A stretch of 64,000 bases of DNA from Nitrospirota bacterium (GCA_963818475.1 CAWFSF010000006.1:1760001-1824000); one strand, 5' to 3'. Numbered from the stretch's first letter, positions 32,758-42,981 are shown. A program made the numbers and translations. The notes: generated by a model from the sequence alone, not told the origin.

Positions 32758-33210
32758 TCATGCTGCCTGCTGCAGCCCCAGCTTGCGGCACAGATGGCCG
32801 AGCTCCTGCAGTTCCTCCTTCGTAAGCACATTCATTTGAGAAGCGATCTTCGCCGCATGGCGAGGAAAGATGCTCTTGATCAGTTTTATACCTGACGGGG
32901 TCAGCGTGATCCGGTAGAGACGGCGGTCCTCTTCATCCCGCTCTCGCTTCACCAATTCCCGCTTTTCGAGATTATCGACCACCATGGTGACATTGCCGCC
33001 GCTTTTGAGGATCTTCTGTGCCAGCTCCCGATGGCTCAAGGGGCCAAGATGGAACAACGCCTCGAGCACCCCGAACTGGCTTACGGTCAGTCCATCATCG
33101 TCCAAATGCCTGACCACCCGCGACGTCACGGATTCAGACGCCCGGACCAGCTTGATATAGGCGTCCAGCGCCTGCCTGACCTCCGGAGATCCCTTGTAAT
33201 GTGTTCCCAT
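32758..33210 (-). CDS. MarR family regulator
   Basis: LTVSQFGVLEAL; VVDNLEKRELV.R...DRR..ITLT. Confidence 0.9.
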   Translation of the reverse strand: MGTHYKGSPEVRQALDAYIKLVRASESVTSRVVRHLDDDGLTVSQFGVLEALFHLGPLSHRELAQKILKSGGNVTMVVDNLEKRELVKRERDEEDRRLYRITLTPSGIKLIKSIFPRHAAKIASQMNVLTKEELQELGHLCRKLGLQQAA

Positions 33211-33286
33211 AATAGTTCACCAATTAACCATTCAATGTTAAACTAATTATATCGCAACGCTTCGGAAAGTCAAGAGGCTCTTTTCT

Positions 33287-33422
33287 GATGGTCTCGTAAA
33301 AGATCACCGGTCTGTCATTGCGAGGAGCGAAGCGACGCGGCAATCTCGTTTTTCCTGCCAACAGCGAGATTGCTTCGCTACGTTCGCAAAGACGGCTTTT
33401 GGACTTTTTTCGAATGCGCCAT
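33287..33422. repeat. Nested palindromic element
   Basis: Outer gatggtctcgtaaaag / cttttttcgaatgcgccat; inner gtcattgcgaggagcgaagcgacgcggcaatctc / gagattgcttcgctacgttcgcaaagac. Confidence 0.65.
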
Positions 33423-33428
33423 TTTTTA

Positions 33429-34187
33429 CTACAGCTCTTTTTTGAGGCGGTACCAGGTCAGGCTGAGGCGTTCGGACAGCGCTCGAGAGGAGATATCGAG
33501 GAATTCCAGGCTGGGTATCGCAGCATAGAATGAGCGGTCCCGCTGCCCGCTCAGGAATGCAGAGGGATGGGGGATCACCTCGAGGCCCTGCGTTTGGAAC
33601 AGGGCCACGGACCGCTTCAGGTGATAGGCGGAGGTTACTAAAATCATGCGTTTTCCGGCAAAGGCGGCCTTCATATTCCTGGCGCTGGCCTGCGTATTGA
33701 ACGAGGTATTGTCGACGGTTATGTTTTTTTTCGGCACGCCGAGGTCAAGGGCAATACGCGCCATCGGGGCTGCATCGGAAAGCTGCGGCCTGCTGGGGTC
33801 GCCGGCGCCGCCCGTTATCACGATCGGGACATGCAAGGAGCGATAGAGTTTCACCGCGGCCACCACCCGCTCAAGCGAACCGGCGCTCGGCATGGGCTCA
33901 AGGCCCAGCGTGGTAAGATCAACGGCCCCGCTGCCCAGCACCACGATAACATCGGCCTTGACGCTCTTGACGTCAACGGGCCGGTAGTCGGCCTCCAGCG
34001 GTGAGATCAGGGCATCCGATACGGGGCTGATGCTCAGACCGTACAGCAGCAGAAATGCAGCAGTGATCAGCAGCCGGCCCACGAGGCGATGGGACCGCTG
34101 CAGCAGGAATCCCAGAATCATGAGCGCCAGGATGCTCGCTGGCGGCAGCATCAGGAGGAGCAGTGTTTTTGTGATGATAAAATCCAT
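33429..34187 (-). CDS. YdcF/ElyC (DUF218) family protein
   Basis: IVVLGSG; ITGG; NT..SARN; LVTSAYHLKRS. Confidence 0.85.
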   Translation of the reverse strand: MDFIITKTLLLLMLPPASILALMILGFLLQRSHRLVGRLLITAAFLLLYGLSISPVSDALISPLEADYRPVDVKSVKADVIVVLGSGAVDLTTLGLEPMPSAGSLERVVAAVKLYRSLHVPIVITGGAGDPSRPQLSDAAPMARIALDLGVPKKNITVDNTSFNTQASARNMKAAFAGKRMILVTSAYHLKRSVALFQTQGLEVIPHPSAFLSGQRDRSFYAAIPSLEFLDISSRALSERLSLTWYRLKKEL

Positions 34188-34348
34188 GGGTGTCGGCCCC
34201 CTTCGCACGAATGATATTCCGGACGGCTTTCGCAAGTATACGGAAAACGCAGGTATTTAAAAAGCGTTTTTTTTGGCGGCGGGCAGGAAAGGCTATGCGC
34301 AGGTTTGATCGTATGGTATATTAATTACCGGAAAGAACGGGGGTTCGT

Positions 34349-34564
34349 ATGGAATTCATTTCAAAAATGCCGTGGGTATTGATCATTCTTGCCTGTCTGA
34401 CGTTGGGGCTTGCCCCCTTTTCACCACCCCATATCTGGGAAAAGCTTCAGATGCTGTCAAAGGGCCACCTTGTGAGGCCCATTGACTGGTTCGATCTCGT
34501 GCTGCATGGCACGCCGTGGGTGCTGCTGATCCTGAAGGGCATTGTTTCACTGATACAGAAATAG
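34349..34564 (+). CDS. Small membrane protein
   Basis: LGLAPF.PPHIWEKL..L.RPIDWFDL..HG.P. Confidence 0.7.
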   Translation: MEFISKMPWVLIILACLTLGLAPFSPPHIWEKLQMLSKGHLVRPIDWFDLVLHGTPWVLLILKGIVSLIQK

Positions 34565-34566
34565 TA

Positions 34567-34647
34567 ACTACTCAGGTATGTAGGCTGAAGGTCTCCGGAG
34601 ATTTTCACCTGAAAGCCTTCCACCTTCAGTCTATCCACCTGAGGAGT
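34567..34647. repeat. ctgaagg/ccttcag inverted repeat, likely bidirectional terminator
   Basis: ctcaggtatgtaggctgaaggt / accttcagtctatccacctgag between convergent genes. Confidence 0.6.
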
Positions 34648-35141
34648 CAATCCTTCAATAGCTCTTCAAGTATCTCTGCCGCATCCTTCACATATCCAGG
34701 ACAGCGTTTTTTGAAATGCTTTTCCTGTTTCGCCGAATTGAGTCCTTCCGAGGTTGTCACGTCACATCCCAGCAGCTCCCTGCAGACCACCGTCCCATGC
34801 CGGGTCTTAAACCTCTCCGTGAACTCGTGGGCGACTTCCTCAGTTTTGTCTTTTGAAAGCAACGTAACGCCCTTTACCCTTGAGTGCTTCAGCCCGATGA
34901 CCATGAGCGCTCCGGTCACGGCGCCGCAGGTCTCCCCCAGGCCCATGCCGGAGCCGAAGGCAGCAGCGATCTTGAGCGCCGTTTCCCGATCCAGGCCTAA
35001 CTGCCGGCCGTAAGTAGACACGACAGCCTGGGTACAGTTTATCCCTTTTTTAAAGCAGGCGACGCACAGGTCAACCTGTTCTTGTGCCGGGTTTTCATCA
35101 CTTCTATTCTTGAACAACACGGCAGATAGTTCTCCTTTCAT
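34647..35141 (-). CDS. C_GCAxxG_C_C family putative redox protein
   Basis: NCTQAV; GETCGAVTGA; VCRELLGC; RCPGYV. Confidence 0.85.
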   Translation of the reverse strand: MKGELSAVLFKNRSDENPAQEQVDLCVACFKKGINCTQAVVSTYGRQLGLDRETALKIAAAFGSGMGLGETCGAVTGALMVIGLKHSRVKGVTLLSKDKTEEVAHEFTERFKTRHGTVVCRELLGCDVTTSEGLNSAKQEKHFKKRCPGYVKDAAEILEELLKD

Positions 35142-35249
35142 ATGTTCCTGCTGCAGGCGACCGTCATCACGCCATTTTCCCCTTGATTTATCGTGAAGCT
35201 TGCATTAGATTATAGCCCTATTAACTCATTGACTGCAAGGAGGTTTCTC

Positions 35250-36125
35250 ATGGCAGAGCAGGATTTCTCGAAAAAAGAAAAAAATTATTATACCGACATT
35301 CCCCAAAAGAGCGAAGCATTTTTTCTGAAGGGATCGAACTCCTATGACTGGGGTATGAAGAACCGGCTGGCCCGCATTTTCAACCCGCGGTCCGGTAAGA
35401 CCGTGATGCTGGCCTTCGACCACGGATATTTCCAGGGCCCCACCACCGGGCTCGAGCGGGTCGACATCACGATCAAGCCGCTCATCCCTTCTGCGGACGC
35501 ATTGATGCTGACGCGCGGGATCCTGCGCTCCGTTATCGACCCGTCGTCGACCAACGCGGTGGTCATGCGCGCAAGCGGAGGGCCCAGCATCCTGAAAGAG
35601 CTCTCCGACGAGCGCATCGCCGTGGACATAGAGGACGCCCTGCGCATGAACGTGAGCGCCGTGGCGGTACAGGTCTTCATCGGCGGCGCCAATGAGACCC
35701 AGACGGTCAATAACATGACCCGGCTGGTCGATATGGGCATGCGCTACGGCATGCCCGTACTCGGCGTTACGGCAGTCGGCACCGAACTCGTGCGCGACGC
35801 CCGGTATATCGGCCTCGCGACGCGTATCCTTGCGGAACTTGGCGTCTCCATTGTGAAGACCTATTTCATCCCGGGCTTCGAACAGGTCGCCGCGGCCTGC
35901 CCGGTGCCGATCGTCATCGCCGGCGGCAAGAAACTTCCCGAGAAGGACGCCCTGCAGATGGCGCGCGATGCGATCAACCAGGGCGCCTCGGGCGTGGACA
36001 TGGGCAGGAACATCTTCCAGTCCGAGTCCCCCGTCGCCATGATCGGCGCCGTGCGCAAGGTCGTGCACGATAACGTAAGCGTCAAGGAAGCGTACGAGTA
36101 TTATCTGGATATGAAGAAGAAGTAG
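35250..36125 (+). CDS. lsrF: LsrF-like thiolase / class I aldolase
   Basis: DWGMKNRL; [18 protein letters not shown]; VIAGGKK; DMGRNIFQ. Confidence 0.88.
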   Translation: MAEQDFSKKEKNYYTDIPQKSEAFFLKGSNSYDWGMKNRLARIFNPRSGKTVMLAFDHGYFQGPTTGLERVDITIKPLIPSADALMLTRGILRSVIDPSSTNAVVMRASGGPSILKELSDERIAVDIEDALRMNVSAVAVQVFIGGANETQTVNNMTRLVDMGMRYGMPVLGVTAVGTELVRDARYIGLATRILAELGVSIVKTYFIPGFEQVAAACPVPIVIAGGKKLPEKDALQMARDAINQGASGVDMGRNIFQSESPVAMIGAVRKVVHDNVSVKEAYEYYLDMKKK

Positions 36126-36167
36126 AAGTTCATCCGTAATGACAGCGTAACGGGGGAGCAGACCGGA

Positions 36168-36254
36168 CCTCACCCTCCCCGCACCCCTCCCATCAAGGGA
36201 GGGGTTATTTTTCGTCCCCTCTCCCCCTCGTGGGAGAGGGCTGGGTGAGGGGGG
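36168..36254. repeat. C/G-rich palindromic element
   Basis: cctcaccctccccgcacccctcccatcaagggagggg..cccctctccccctcgtgggagagggctgggtgagggggg. Confidence 0.65.
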
Positions 36255-36262
36255 AGCTTCAC

Positions 36263-37292
36263 ATGAAAGTAGGAGTCTACTTCAAAAACAGCGATGTCCG
36301 TGTGGAAACGCGTCCGGAACCCAAAGCCGGCGACCGCGACATCGTGGTCAAGGTCATGGCCAGCGGTCTCTGCGGATCTGATCTGCTTGAATGGTACCGC
36401 ATCAAACGGGCGCCCCTGGTGCTGGGCCATGAGCCGGCAGGGACCGTTGTCGAGACCGGAAAGCTCGTGACCAATGTCAAACCCGGGGACCGCGTCTTTG
36501 TCACCCATCACGTGCCCTGCAACAGCTGCTACCATTGCCGCACCGGCCATGAGACCGCCTGCACGACCTTCCAGACCGTCAATAATTTCGAGCCCGGCGG
36601 TTTTTCCCAGCTCCTGCGCGTGACCGGCAAGAGCGTTGAGACCGGCACCTTCGTGCTTCCCGATTCCGTGACCTTTGAACAGGCCACCTTCATCGAACCT
36701 TTGGCGACCGCTGTTCGGGCGCTCCGGACCGTGGCTTTGAAACCCGCCCAGAGCGTGCTCGTCTGCGGCAGCGGTGTTGCAGGCCTGCTCCTGATCAAGC
36801 TGGCCCGTGCCATGGGCGCCGGCACGATCATCGCAACGGATATCAGCACCTACCGCCTTGAGAAGGCGCGCCAATTCGGCGCGACGCATACGATAACCGC
36901 CAATGAAGATGTTCCCGCCTTCGTCAGAAAGGTCAACGACGAACCGGCTGGCTGATGTAGTCATCCTCTCCGCCGGCGCGCTTCCTGCGGCAAAGACCGC
37001 GCTCATGTCAGCCGAAAAAGGCGGCACCATCCTCTTCTTCGCGGTCCCCAAACCGGGCGAGACCGTGGACGTCGACTTCAACCCCTTCTGGCGCGACGAT
37101 ATCACGATCAAGACCTGCTACGGCGCAGCCCCCCTCGACAATCTGCAAGCCCTCGAACTTATTCGGCACAACACCGTGACCGTGACCGACATGGTGACCC
37201 ACCGCTTCGCTATCGACAAGATCGGCGAAGCGTTCATGACCGGCGCAAAACCCGACGGCTGCATGAAGGTCATTATCGAACCGAACCAGTAA
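36263..37292 (+). CDS. Zn-dependent alcohol/sorbitol dehydrogenase family (frameshift near 36940)
   Basis: GLCGSD, GHE, CNSCYHC..C; continues in 36903..37292. Confidence 0.85.
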
Positions 37293-37384
37293 GCCGAGTC
37301 GTTTAAGCAATGAACGTTTTCAGCCTTTCTCCGTGTCTCCGTGCCTCCGTGGTGAAAAAGCCTTGCCGTTGCCCTACAATTCTT

Positions 37385-37413
37385 TTGACTCTTCGTCACA
37401 TTCCCTTTATAAT
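37385..37413 (+). promoter_or_regulatory. Sigma70 promoter, probably leaderless gpsA mRNA
   Basis: TTGACT-N17-TATAAT, ATG 8 nt downstream, no SD. Confidence 0.65.
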
Positions 37414-37421
37414 TCCAGCCT

Positions 37422-38423
37422 ATGAACACTAAGATCGCAGTGATCGGCGCAGGCGCCTGGGGCACTGCCCTGGCAATGCTTTTGGCTGACAAAGGGCACG
37501 ACGTAACCCTCTGGATGTACGAGAAGGACCTTGCCGAGGAGACAAGCAGAACGCGCGAGAACCGCGTGTATCTCCCGGGGTTTACCCTGCCGGCTTCCCT
37601 TAAGATAACCTCATCGCTTGAATCGGCGGTCAAGGATATGCCGGTCATCCTGTCCGTCGTCCCCTCGCACACCGTGCGCGCGGTGGCCAGACAGTTCGCG
37701 ACTTTTCTTGCCAAAGACGCCATCATCATCAGCGCTTCCAAAGGCATCGAGATCGAGACGCTCATGCCGTTGTCGGAAGTCTTCAAGGACGTCCTGGCCC
37801 CGCACCACCACAATAATCTCTGCTTCCTCTCCGGCCCGAGCTTCGCCAAGGAAGTAGCGCAAAAGATGCCGACCGCTGTCGCCCTTGCCTCCTATGACAC
37901 AGTTGTGGGGATAAAAGCACAGGCGATCTTCAGCAACTCTTATTTCCGCGTATATACCAACACGGACGTCATCGGCGTGGAGCTTGCCGGCTCGCTCAAG
38001 AACGTGATCGCCATCGCAGCCGGCTTGCTCGAAGGGCTGGGCTACGGGTACAACACCATGGCCGCGCTGCTCACGCGAGGGCTCGCGGAAATGGCACGGC
38101 TTGGTGCTGCCATGGGCGGCAGTATCCAGACGTTCTCGGGACTCGCCGGTATGGGGGACCTCGTACTGACCTGCACCGGAGGTTTATCGCGGAACCGCAC
38201 GCTCGGCGTCCGGCTCGGCAAGGGCGAGAAACTGGACGACATCATGAAGGGCACAAAGACTGTTGCCGAAGGCGTAAAGACCGCCAAAGCAGCGCGCGAG
38301 CTTGCGGCGAAATACCACATGCACATGCCGATCGTAGAGCAGGTCTATCGCATTCTCTACGAGGGCAAGGACCCGGGTCTGGCGCTCAAGGACCTAATGG
38401 CCAGGGACCTTAAGGCGGAGTGA
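37422..38423 (+). CDS. gpsA: NAD(P)H glycerol-3-phosphate dehydrogenase
   Basis: GAGAWGTALA; LSGPSFA; KNVIAIA; GDLVLTC..SRNR. Confidence 0.96.
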   Translation: MNTKIAVIGAGAWGTALAMLLADKGHDVTLWMYEKDLAEETSRTRENRVYLPGFTLPASLKITSSLESAVKDMPVILSVVPSHTVRAVARQFATFLAKDAIIISASKGIEIETLMPLSEVFKDVLAPHHHNNLCFLSGPSFAKEVAQKMPTAVALASYDTVVGIKAQAIFSNSYFRVYTNTDVIGVELAGSLKNVIAIAAGLLEGLGYGYNTMAALLTRGLAEMARLGAAMGGSIQTFSGLAGMGDLVLTCTGGLSRNRTLGVRLGKGEKLDDIMKGTKTVAEGVKTAKAARELAAKYHMHMPIVEQVYRILYEGKDPGLALKDLMARDLKAE

Positions 38424-38450
38424 TCAATACAACATCACGCCTGCGACCCT

Positions 38451-39209
38451 ATGAATAAATCAGACCTCACAAAACTCCTCGAAAGCGTACGCGCGGGCAA
38501 GACCGGCGTGGAAACTGCGCTCAACCGGCTCAAGGACCTGCCGTTTGAGGATGTTGCCTATGCCCACATCGACCACCACCGTCATCTGCGCCACGGCATG
38601 CCCGAGGTGATCTACTGCGAAGGCAAGACGCTCGAGCAGGTCGTCGGGATCACGAAGCGCATGCTCAAGGTTGGAAGCGATATCCTGGCAACACGCGCAT
38701 CGGAAGCAGTGTTTAAAGCGATCAAAAAACTGGACCGCCGGGCAATCTATCACAAAGCGTCCCGTGCCATCGTTGTCCAGGATGCAAAGAAAAAGCTGAC
38801 TACCGGTGTCATTCTCGTTTTGACGGCAGGCACCTCGGACATTCCCGTTGCCGAGGAGGCCGCGGTCACCGCAGGAATGCTCGGCAGCAGCGTTCAGACC
38901 GTCTATGACGTGGGCGTTGCCGGCATCCACCGCATCCTGAGCAAAAAGGAAATCCTCGATTCCGCGCGGGTGATCGTTGTTGTGGCGGGCATGGACGGCG
39001 CCCTCCCGTCTGTCGTAGGCGGCCTGGTGGACAAACCCGTGATCGCCGTACCGACGAGCGTGGGCTATGGCGCAGGCTTTCAGGGCCTGGCTCCGCTGCT
39101 CACCATGCTGAACTCCTGCGCCGCAGGCGTGGCGGTGATGAACATCGACAACGGCTTCGGGGCAGGCGTAATGGCGCATAGGATCAACCTGTTGGGAGAG
39201 TCGAAATAA
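38451..39209 (+). CDS. larB: Nickel-pincer cofactor biosynthesis protein LarB
   Basis: AGTSDIPVAEEA; DVGVAGIHR; AVPTSVGYGA; NIDNGFGAG. Confidence 0.93.
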   Translation: MNKSDLTKLLESVRAGKTGVETALNRLKDLPFEDVAYAHIDHHRHLRHGMPEVIYCEGKTLEQVVGITKRMLKVGSDILATRASEAVFKAIKKLDRRAIYHKASRAIVVQDAKKKLTTGVILVLTAGTSDIPVAEEAAVTAGMLGSSVQTVYDVGVAGIHRILSKKEILDSARVIVVVAGMDGALPSVVGGLVDKPVIAVPTSVGYGAGFQGLAPLLTMLNSCAAGVAVMNIDNGFGAGVMAHRINLLGESK

Positions 39210-39220
39210 ACACCTTTTTC

Positions 39221-39349
39221 TCTCGCAAAGGCGCAAAGGTCGCCAAGAAGGTCAAAAACAAAAAGCATTAAGCGTTGTCTTAATAAAAAACATCGTACTC
39301 AGGTTTTTATACCTTAGATTTCCTTTGCGTACTTTGCGCCTTTGCGAGA
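39221..39349. repeat. Gene-less copy of GxxExxY-associated inverted repeat, family A
   Basis: tctcgcaaaggcgcaaaggtcgccaagaa ... ttcctttgcgtactttgcgcctttgcgaga. Confidence 0.85.
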
Positions 39350-39401
39350 AACGCTTTTAATTTTGTTTTTTCGGTCTCAGACTTTTCCTCGCTAAAAAAT
39401 T

Positions 39402-40604
39402 ATGACTACAGCCTACTTCGACTGCTTTTCCGGCATATCCGGCGACATGACCCTCGGCGCTCTCGTGGATGCAGGCGTCAGCATCGATGCCCTGCGCGCA
39501 GAGCTTGCGAAATTGAACCTGCCCGGTTACGAGATCACGGCAGAGAAGGTGATGCGCTCCGGCATCTCTGCAACAAAGGTGCATGTCAGGCTTGATGCTA
39601 AACCTCAACCCGCGCGCCACCTCGCGGACATCGGTCAGATCATCGAAGACTCAGAACTGTCCACATCGATCAAACAAAAGAGCATCAGGATATTCGAACG
39701 TTTGGCCCAAGCCGAAGCCAAAGTTCACGGCACAACGCCTGACAAGGTCCACTTTCACGAGGTCGGCGCGGTTGACGCCATCGTCGACATTGTGGGCTCG
39801 ATCATCGGGCTAGACTTGCTCGGGATCACGACCATTGCCGGCTCTGCCGTAAACCTTGGCTCCGGTTCGATCAAAACAGCACACGGCGTACTCCCGGTCC
39901 CTGCGCCAGCCACGGCGGAACTGCTCAAGGGCATCCCCTCCTACGGGTCATCAGTGCCCTTTGAGCTCACCACGCCGACCGGAGCGGTCATCCTGAGCAC
40001 CTTAAGCTCATCTTTCGGCCCCATGCCGCAGATGAACGTGTCACGGACAGGACACGGAGCCGGGAACAAGGAAATTCCGGGCCAGCCGAACGTGCTCCGG
40101 CTCATGATCGGCGAACCTGCTTCAGCCTATGACGAGGACAAATCTGTCGTCATTGAGACGAACATCGATGACATGAACCCGCAGCTCTATGAGCATGTTA
40201 TCGACAAACTCCTGCAGCAGGGCGCCCACGACGCCTACCTCACGCCGATCATCATGAAAAAAGGGAGGCCGGCGATCCTTCTTTCAGTTCTGACGGATAA
40301 GATGAAGGAAAGCGCCATCCTTGAAACGATCTTCCGCGAGACCACCAGCATCGGCGTCCGGATCCAGGAAGTGGGCAGAAAGAAGCTGACCCGCGAGATA
40401 GAGCTCGTTGAAACGGCCTACGGAAAGGTCAGGGTCAAAGTGAGCAAGCGGGGAGAGGAAATACTCACGATTACCCCGGAGTATGAGGACTGCAAGAAGA
40501 TCGCGGAAGAGAAACATGTACCCTTGAAGCAAGTTATGGAAGAAGCGAAGGGTCTGTTTTCTCGCAAAGGCGCAAAGGTCGCAAAGGAAATCAAAGACAA
40601 ATGA
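39402..40604 (+). CDS. larC: Nickel insertion protein LarC
   Basis: DCFSGISGDM; VHFHEVGAVD; ETNIDD; MKKGRP; PEYEDC. Confidence 0.93.
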   Translation: MTTAYFDCFSGISGDMTLGALVDAGVSIDALRAELAKLNLPGYEITAEKVMRSGISATKVHVRLDAKPQPARHLADIGQIIEDSELSTSIKQKSIRIFERLAQAEAKVHGTTPDKVHFHEVGAVDAIVDIVGSIIGLDLLGITTIAGSAVNLGSGSIKTAHGVLPVPAPATAELLKGIPSYGSSVPFELTTPTGAVILSTLSSSFGPMPQMNVSRTGHGAGNKEIPGQPNVLRLMIGEPASAYDEDKSVVIETNIDDMNPQLYEHVIDKLLQQGAHDAYLTPIIMKKGRPAILLSVLTDKMKESAILETIFRETTSIGVRIQEVGRKKLTREIELVETAYGKVRVKVSKRGEEILTITPEYEDCKKIAEEKHVPLKQVMEEAKGLFSRKGAKVAKEIKDK

Positions 40605-41028
40605 CCGAGAATCAGCTGGCAAAAATCGTTGTGGATCTTTGCTTAAAAATACATAGGCTTCTCGGTCCAGGGTTGCTAGAATCAGTATATGAAGAGGCGC
40701 TGGCATATGAACTGAAAAAGCTCGGGATCCTGTTTGAACGGCAAATAGGAATCCCGGTCTCATATGAAGACATAAAGATGGACTTAGGATTTAGAGCGGA
40801 TTTAGCAATAGACAATAAGATAATCGTTGAGTTGAAATCCATTGAGAACATTTTACCTGTCCATAAGAAACAAGTCGTGACCTATTTAAAGTTAACTAAA
40901 ATGAGACTCGGACTTCTTGTCAATTTTAATGTCGAGTTGATCAAAGATGGTATCATTCGTATAGCCAATGGACTTTGATCTTAACTCAGGCCTACGCCTT
41001 CCTTTGCGACCTTTGCGCCTTTGCGAGA
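40560..41028. mobile_element. Putative GxxExxY element A: gene between perfect 30-bp inverted arms
   Basis: 40560-40589 tctcgcaaaggcgcaaaggtcgcaaaggaa is the exact reverse complement of 40999-41028; mobility is inferred. Confidence 0.6.
40601..40978 (+). CDS. GxxExxY protein (PD-(D/E)XK-like)
   Basis: GPGLLESVYE; RADL..IIVELKS; Q..TYLK; GLLVNF; AT-richer than neighbours. Confidence 0.92.
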   Translation: MTENQLAKIVVDLCLKIHRLLGPGLLESVYEEALAYELKKLGILFERQIGIPVSYEDIKMDLGFRADLAIDNKIIVELKSIENILPVHKKQVVTYLKLTKMRLGLLVNFNVELIKDGIIRIANGL

Positions 41029-41096
41029 GACGCCCTTGACTTGATAGTATCATTGCCTTATGACTTTTGAGCACTGCATCACATGAGAGATTAATT

Positions 41097-42809
41097 ATGA
41101 GAACTATCCGCATATCCATGGCACAGATCAATCCGATCGTCGGCGACCTCAAGGGCAACCGGGACAAGATCATCGACTACATCGGCCGCGCGAAAAAACT
41201 CGGTTCCGATATCGTCGCATTTCCCGAACTGGCGGTTACCGGTTATCCGCCCGAGGACCTGGTACTGAAACCACAATTCGTCAAAGACAATCTGCGCACG
41301 CTCAAGGAGATCGCACAGGCGGCCAAAGGGATCACGGCGATCGTCGGCTTTATTGACGGCAAAGACAAGGACCTGTATAACGCCGCCGCTATCCTGGACA
41401 GCGGGAAGCAGATCTACACCTACCGGAAGATTCTCCTGCCGAACTACGGCGTGTTCGACGAATACCGCTACTTCAAACCCGGCAACCGCTGCCATGTCAT
41501 CACGGTCAAAGGCGTTGCTGTTGGCGTGAATATCTGCGAAGACATCTGGTACGCCGAAGGGCCGACCTTTGTTCAGGCGCTTGCAGGCGCTGAAGTGATC
41601 GTGAACATCAACGCGTCGCCTTTTCATAAGGGAAAGGGAAAAGAACGGCGGGCCACGATCTCGGAACGGGCGCAGGAGAGCGGCGTCGTCGTTACCTACA
41701 CCAACACGGTTGGCGGTCAGGACGAACTGGTCTTTGACGGACAGAGCATGGTGATCGACCGGAACGGCAAATTGATCGCCGTCGGCAAACAATTCGAGGA
41801 AGAGCTGATGACCGTGGACATCAGCGTAGCAGGCGTAAAACCGTCGCTTCCCGAAGACCTGATCCAATATCAGGACCACATCGATTACGTTGTTATTTCC
41901 GAAAAGCCTGCAGGTAAAAAGAAATCGCTCCCACCACGACGGAAGAGCAAACCGCTCCCGGTCTGCGAAGAGGTGTATCATGCGCTGGTGCTCGGCACGC
42001 GGGATTACATGACCAAGAACGGCTTTAAGTCCGCGGTCGTCGGCCTCTCCGGCGGCATCGATTCGTCCCTGGTGGCAGCTGTTGCCGTTGCTGCCATCGG
42101 CAAAGAAAACGTGACCGGCGTTTTCATGCCGTCCCAGTATAGTTCGAACGAAAGCCGGGAGGATGCCTGCGATCTGGCGGAACGCCTCGGGATAAGCATA
42201 CTGGATATCCCGATCAAGCAGACCTTCGACGCCTATCTCAATACGCTCCGCCATACCTTTTCGAAAACAAGGACCGACGTGACCGAAGAGAACCTGCAGG
42301 CACGGATCAGGGGCAACACGCTCATGGCGCTTTCGAACAAGTTCGGCTGGCTGGTGCTCACGACCGGCAACAAGAGCGAGATGTCCACGGGCTATGCCAC
42401 CCTCTACGGAGACATGGCCGGCGGCTTTGCCGTTATCAAGGACGTGCCCAAGACCATGGTCTACGACGTCTGCAGATGCATTAATCGTCTTGCCAAAAAA
42501 ACGATCATCCCCAAACGCGTGCTGACCAAGGCCCCGACTGCCGAACTCCGCCCGAACCAGAAGGACAGCGATTCCCTGCCTGAGTACGAGGTGCTCGACC
42601 CGATCCTGAAAGCCTACGTCGAGGATGACCGGTCGTTCGATGAAATGCTCAAGATGGGCTTTGACAAAAAGACCGTGGAACGCGTGATCCGGCTCGTGGA
42701 TTCCAGCGAGTATAAGCGGAGACAATCGCCCCCGGGGATCAAGATCACGCCGAGGGGCCTGGGCAAGGATAGGCGATTTCCGATTACCAACCGATATAAG
42801 AGCTTTTAA
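41097..42809 (+). CDS. nadE: Glutamine-dependent NAD+ synthetase
   Basis: Nitrilase domain (FPEL..TGYPPEDL, ICEDIW) plus GLSGGIDS and TGNKSE. Confidence 0.95.
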   Translation: MRTIRISMAQINPIVGDLKGNRDKIIDYIGRAKKLGSDIVAFPELAVTGYPPEDLVLKPQFVKDNLRTLKEIAQAAKGITAIVGFIDGKDKDLYNAAAILDSGKQIYTYRKILLPNYGVFDEYRYFKPGNRCHVITVKGVAVGVNICEDIWYAEGPTFVQALAGAEVIVNINASPFHKGKGKERRATISERAQESGVVVTYTNTVGGQDELVFDGQSMVIDRNGKLIAVGKQFEEELMTVDISVAGVKPSLPEDLIQYQDHIDYVVISEKPAGKKKSLPPRRKSKPLPVCEEVYHALVLGTRDYMTKNGFKSAVVGLSGGIDSSLVAAVAVAAIGKENVTGVFMPSQYSSNESREDACDLAERLGISILDIPIKQTFDAYLNTLRHTFSKTRTDVTEENLQARIRGNTLMALSNKFGWLVLTTGNKSEMSTGYATLYGDMAGGFAVIKDVPKTMVYDVCRCINRLAKKTIIPKRVLTKAPTAELRPNQKDSDSLPEYEVLDPILKAYVEDDRSFDEMLKMGFDKKTVERVIRLVDSSEYKRRQSPPGIKITPRGLGKDRRFPITNRYKSF

Positions 42810-42815
42810 CTGTTT

Positions 42816-42981
42816 TCTCGCAGAGGCGCAGAGTATGGCTAAATTGGCCAAGATCATCTCTCGCAAAGTCCGCAAAGGTCGCAAAGGAAGGCTAAATTCT
42901 GAGTCTTAACAAGCAACACGTAATTGTTATTTGCAATTTGCTTTTGATCTACTCTGCGCACTTTGCGCCTTTGCGAGAGAT
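42816..42981. repeat. Gene-less family A inverted repeat with an extra left arm
   Basis: tctcgcagaggcgcagag; tctctcgcaaagtccgcaaaggtcgcaaagg ... ctctgcgcactttgcgcctttgcgagaga. Confidence 0.8.

Noticed and set aside
36935-36960. Programmed frameshift in the Zn dehydrogenase
   Set aside because: No slippery heptamer; similar indels elsewhere point to sequencing error.
41091-42884. 597-aa minus-strand ORF, and similar ones at 10070-11461, 48561-49871, 46316-47416, 60469-61677
   Set aside because: Antisense shadows of well-recognised high-GC3 genes, with no motifs.
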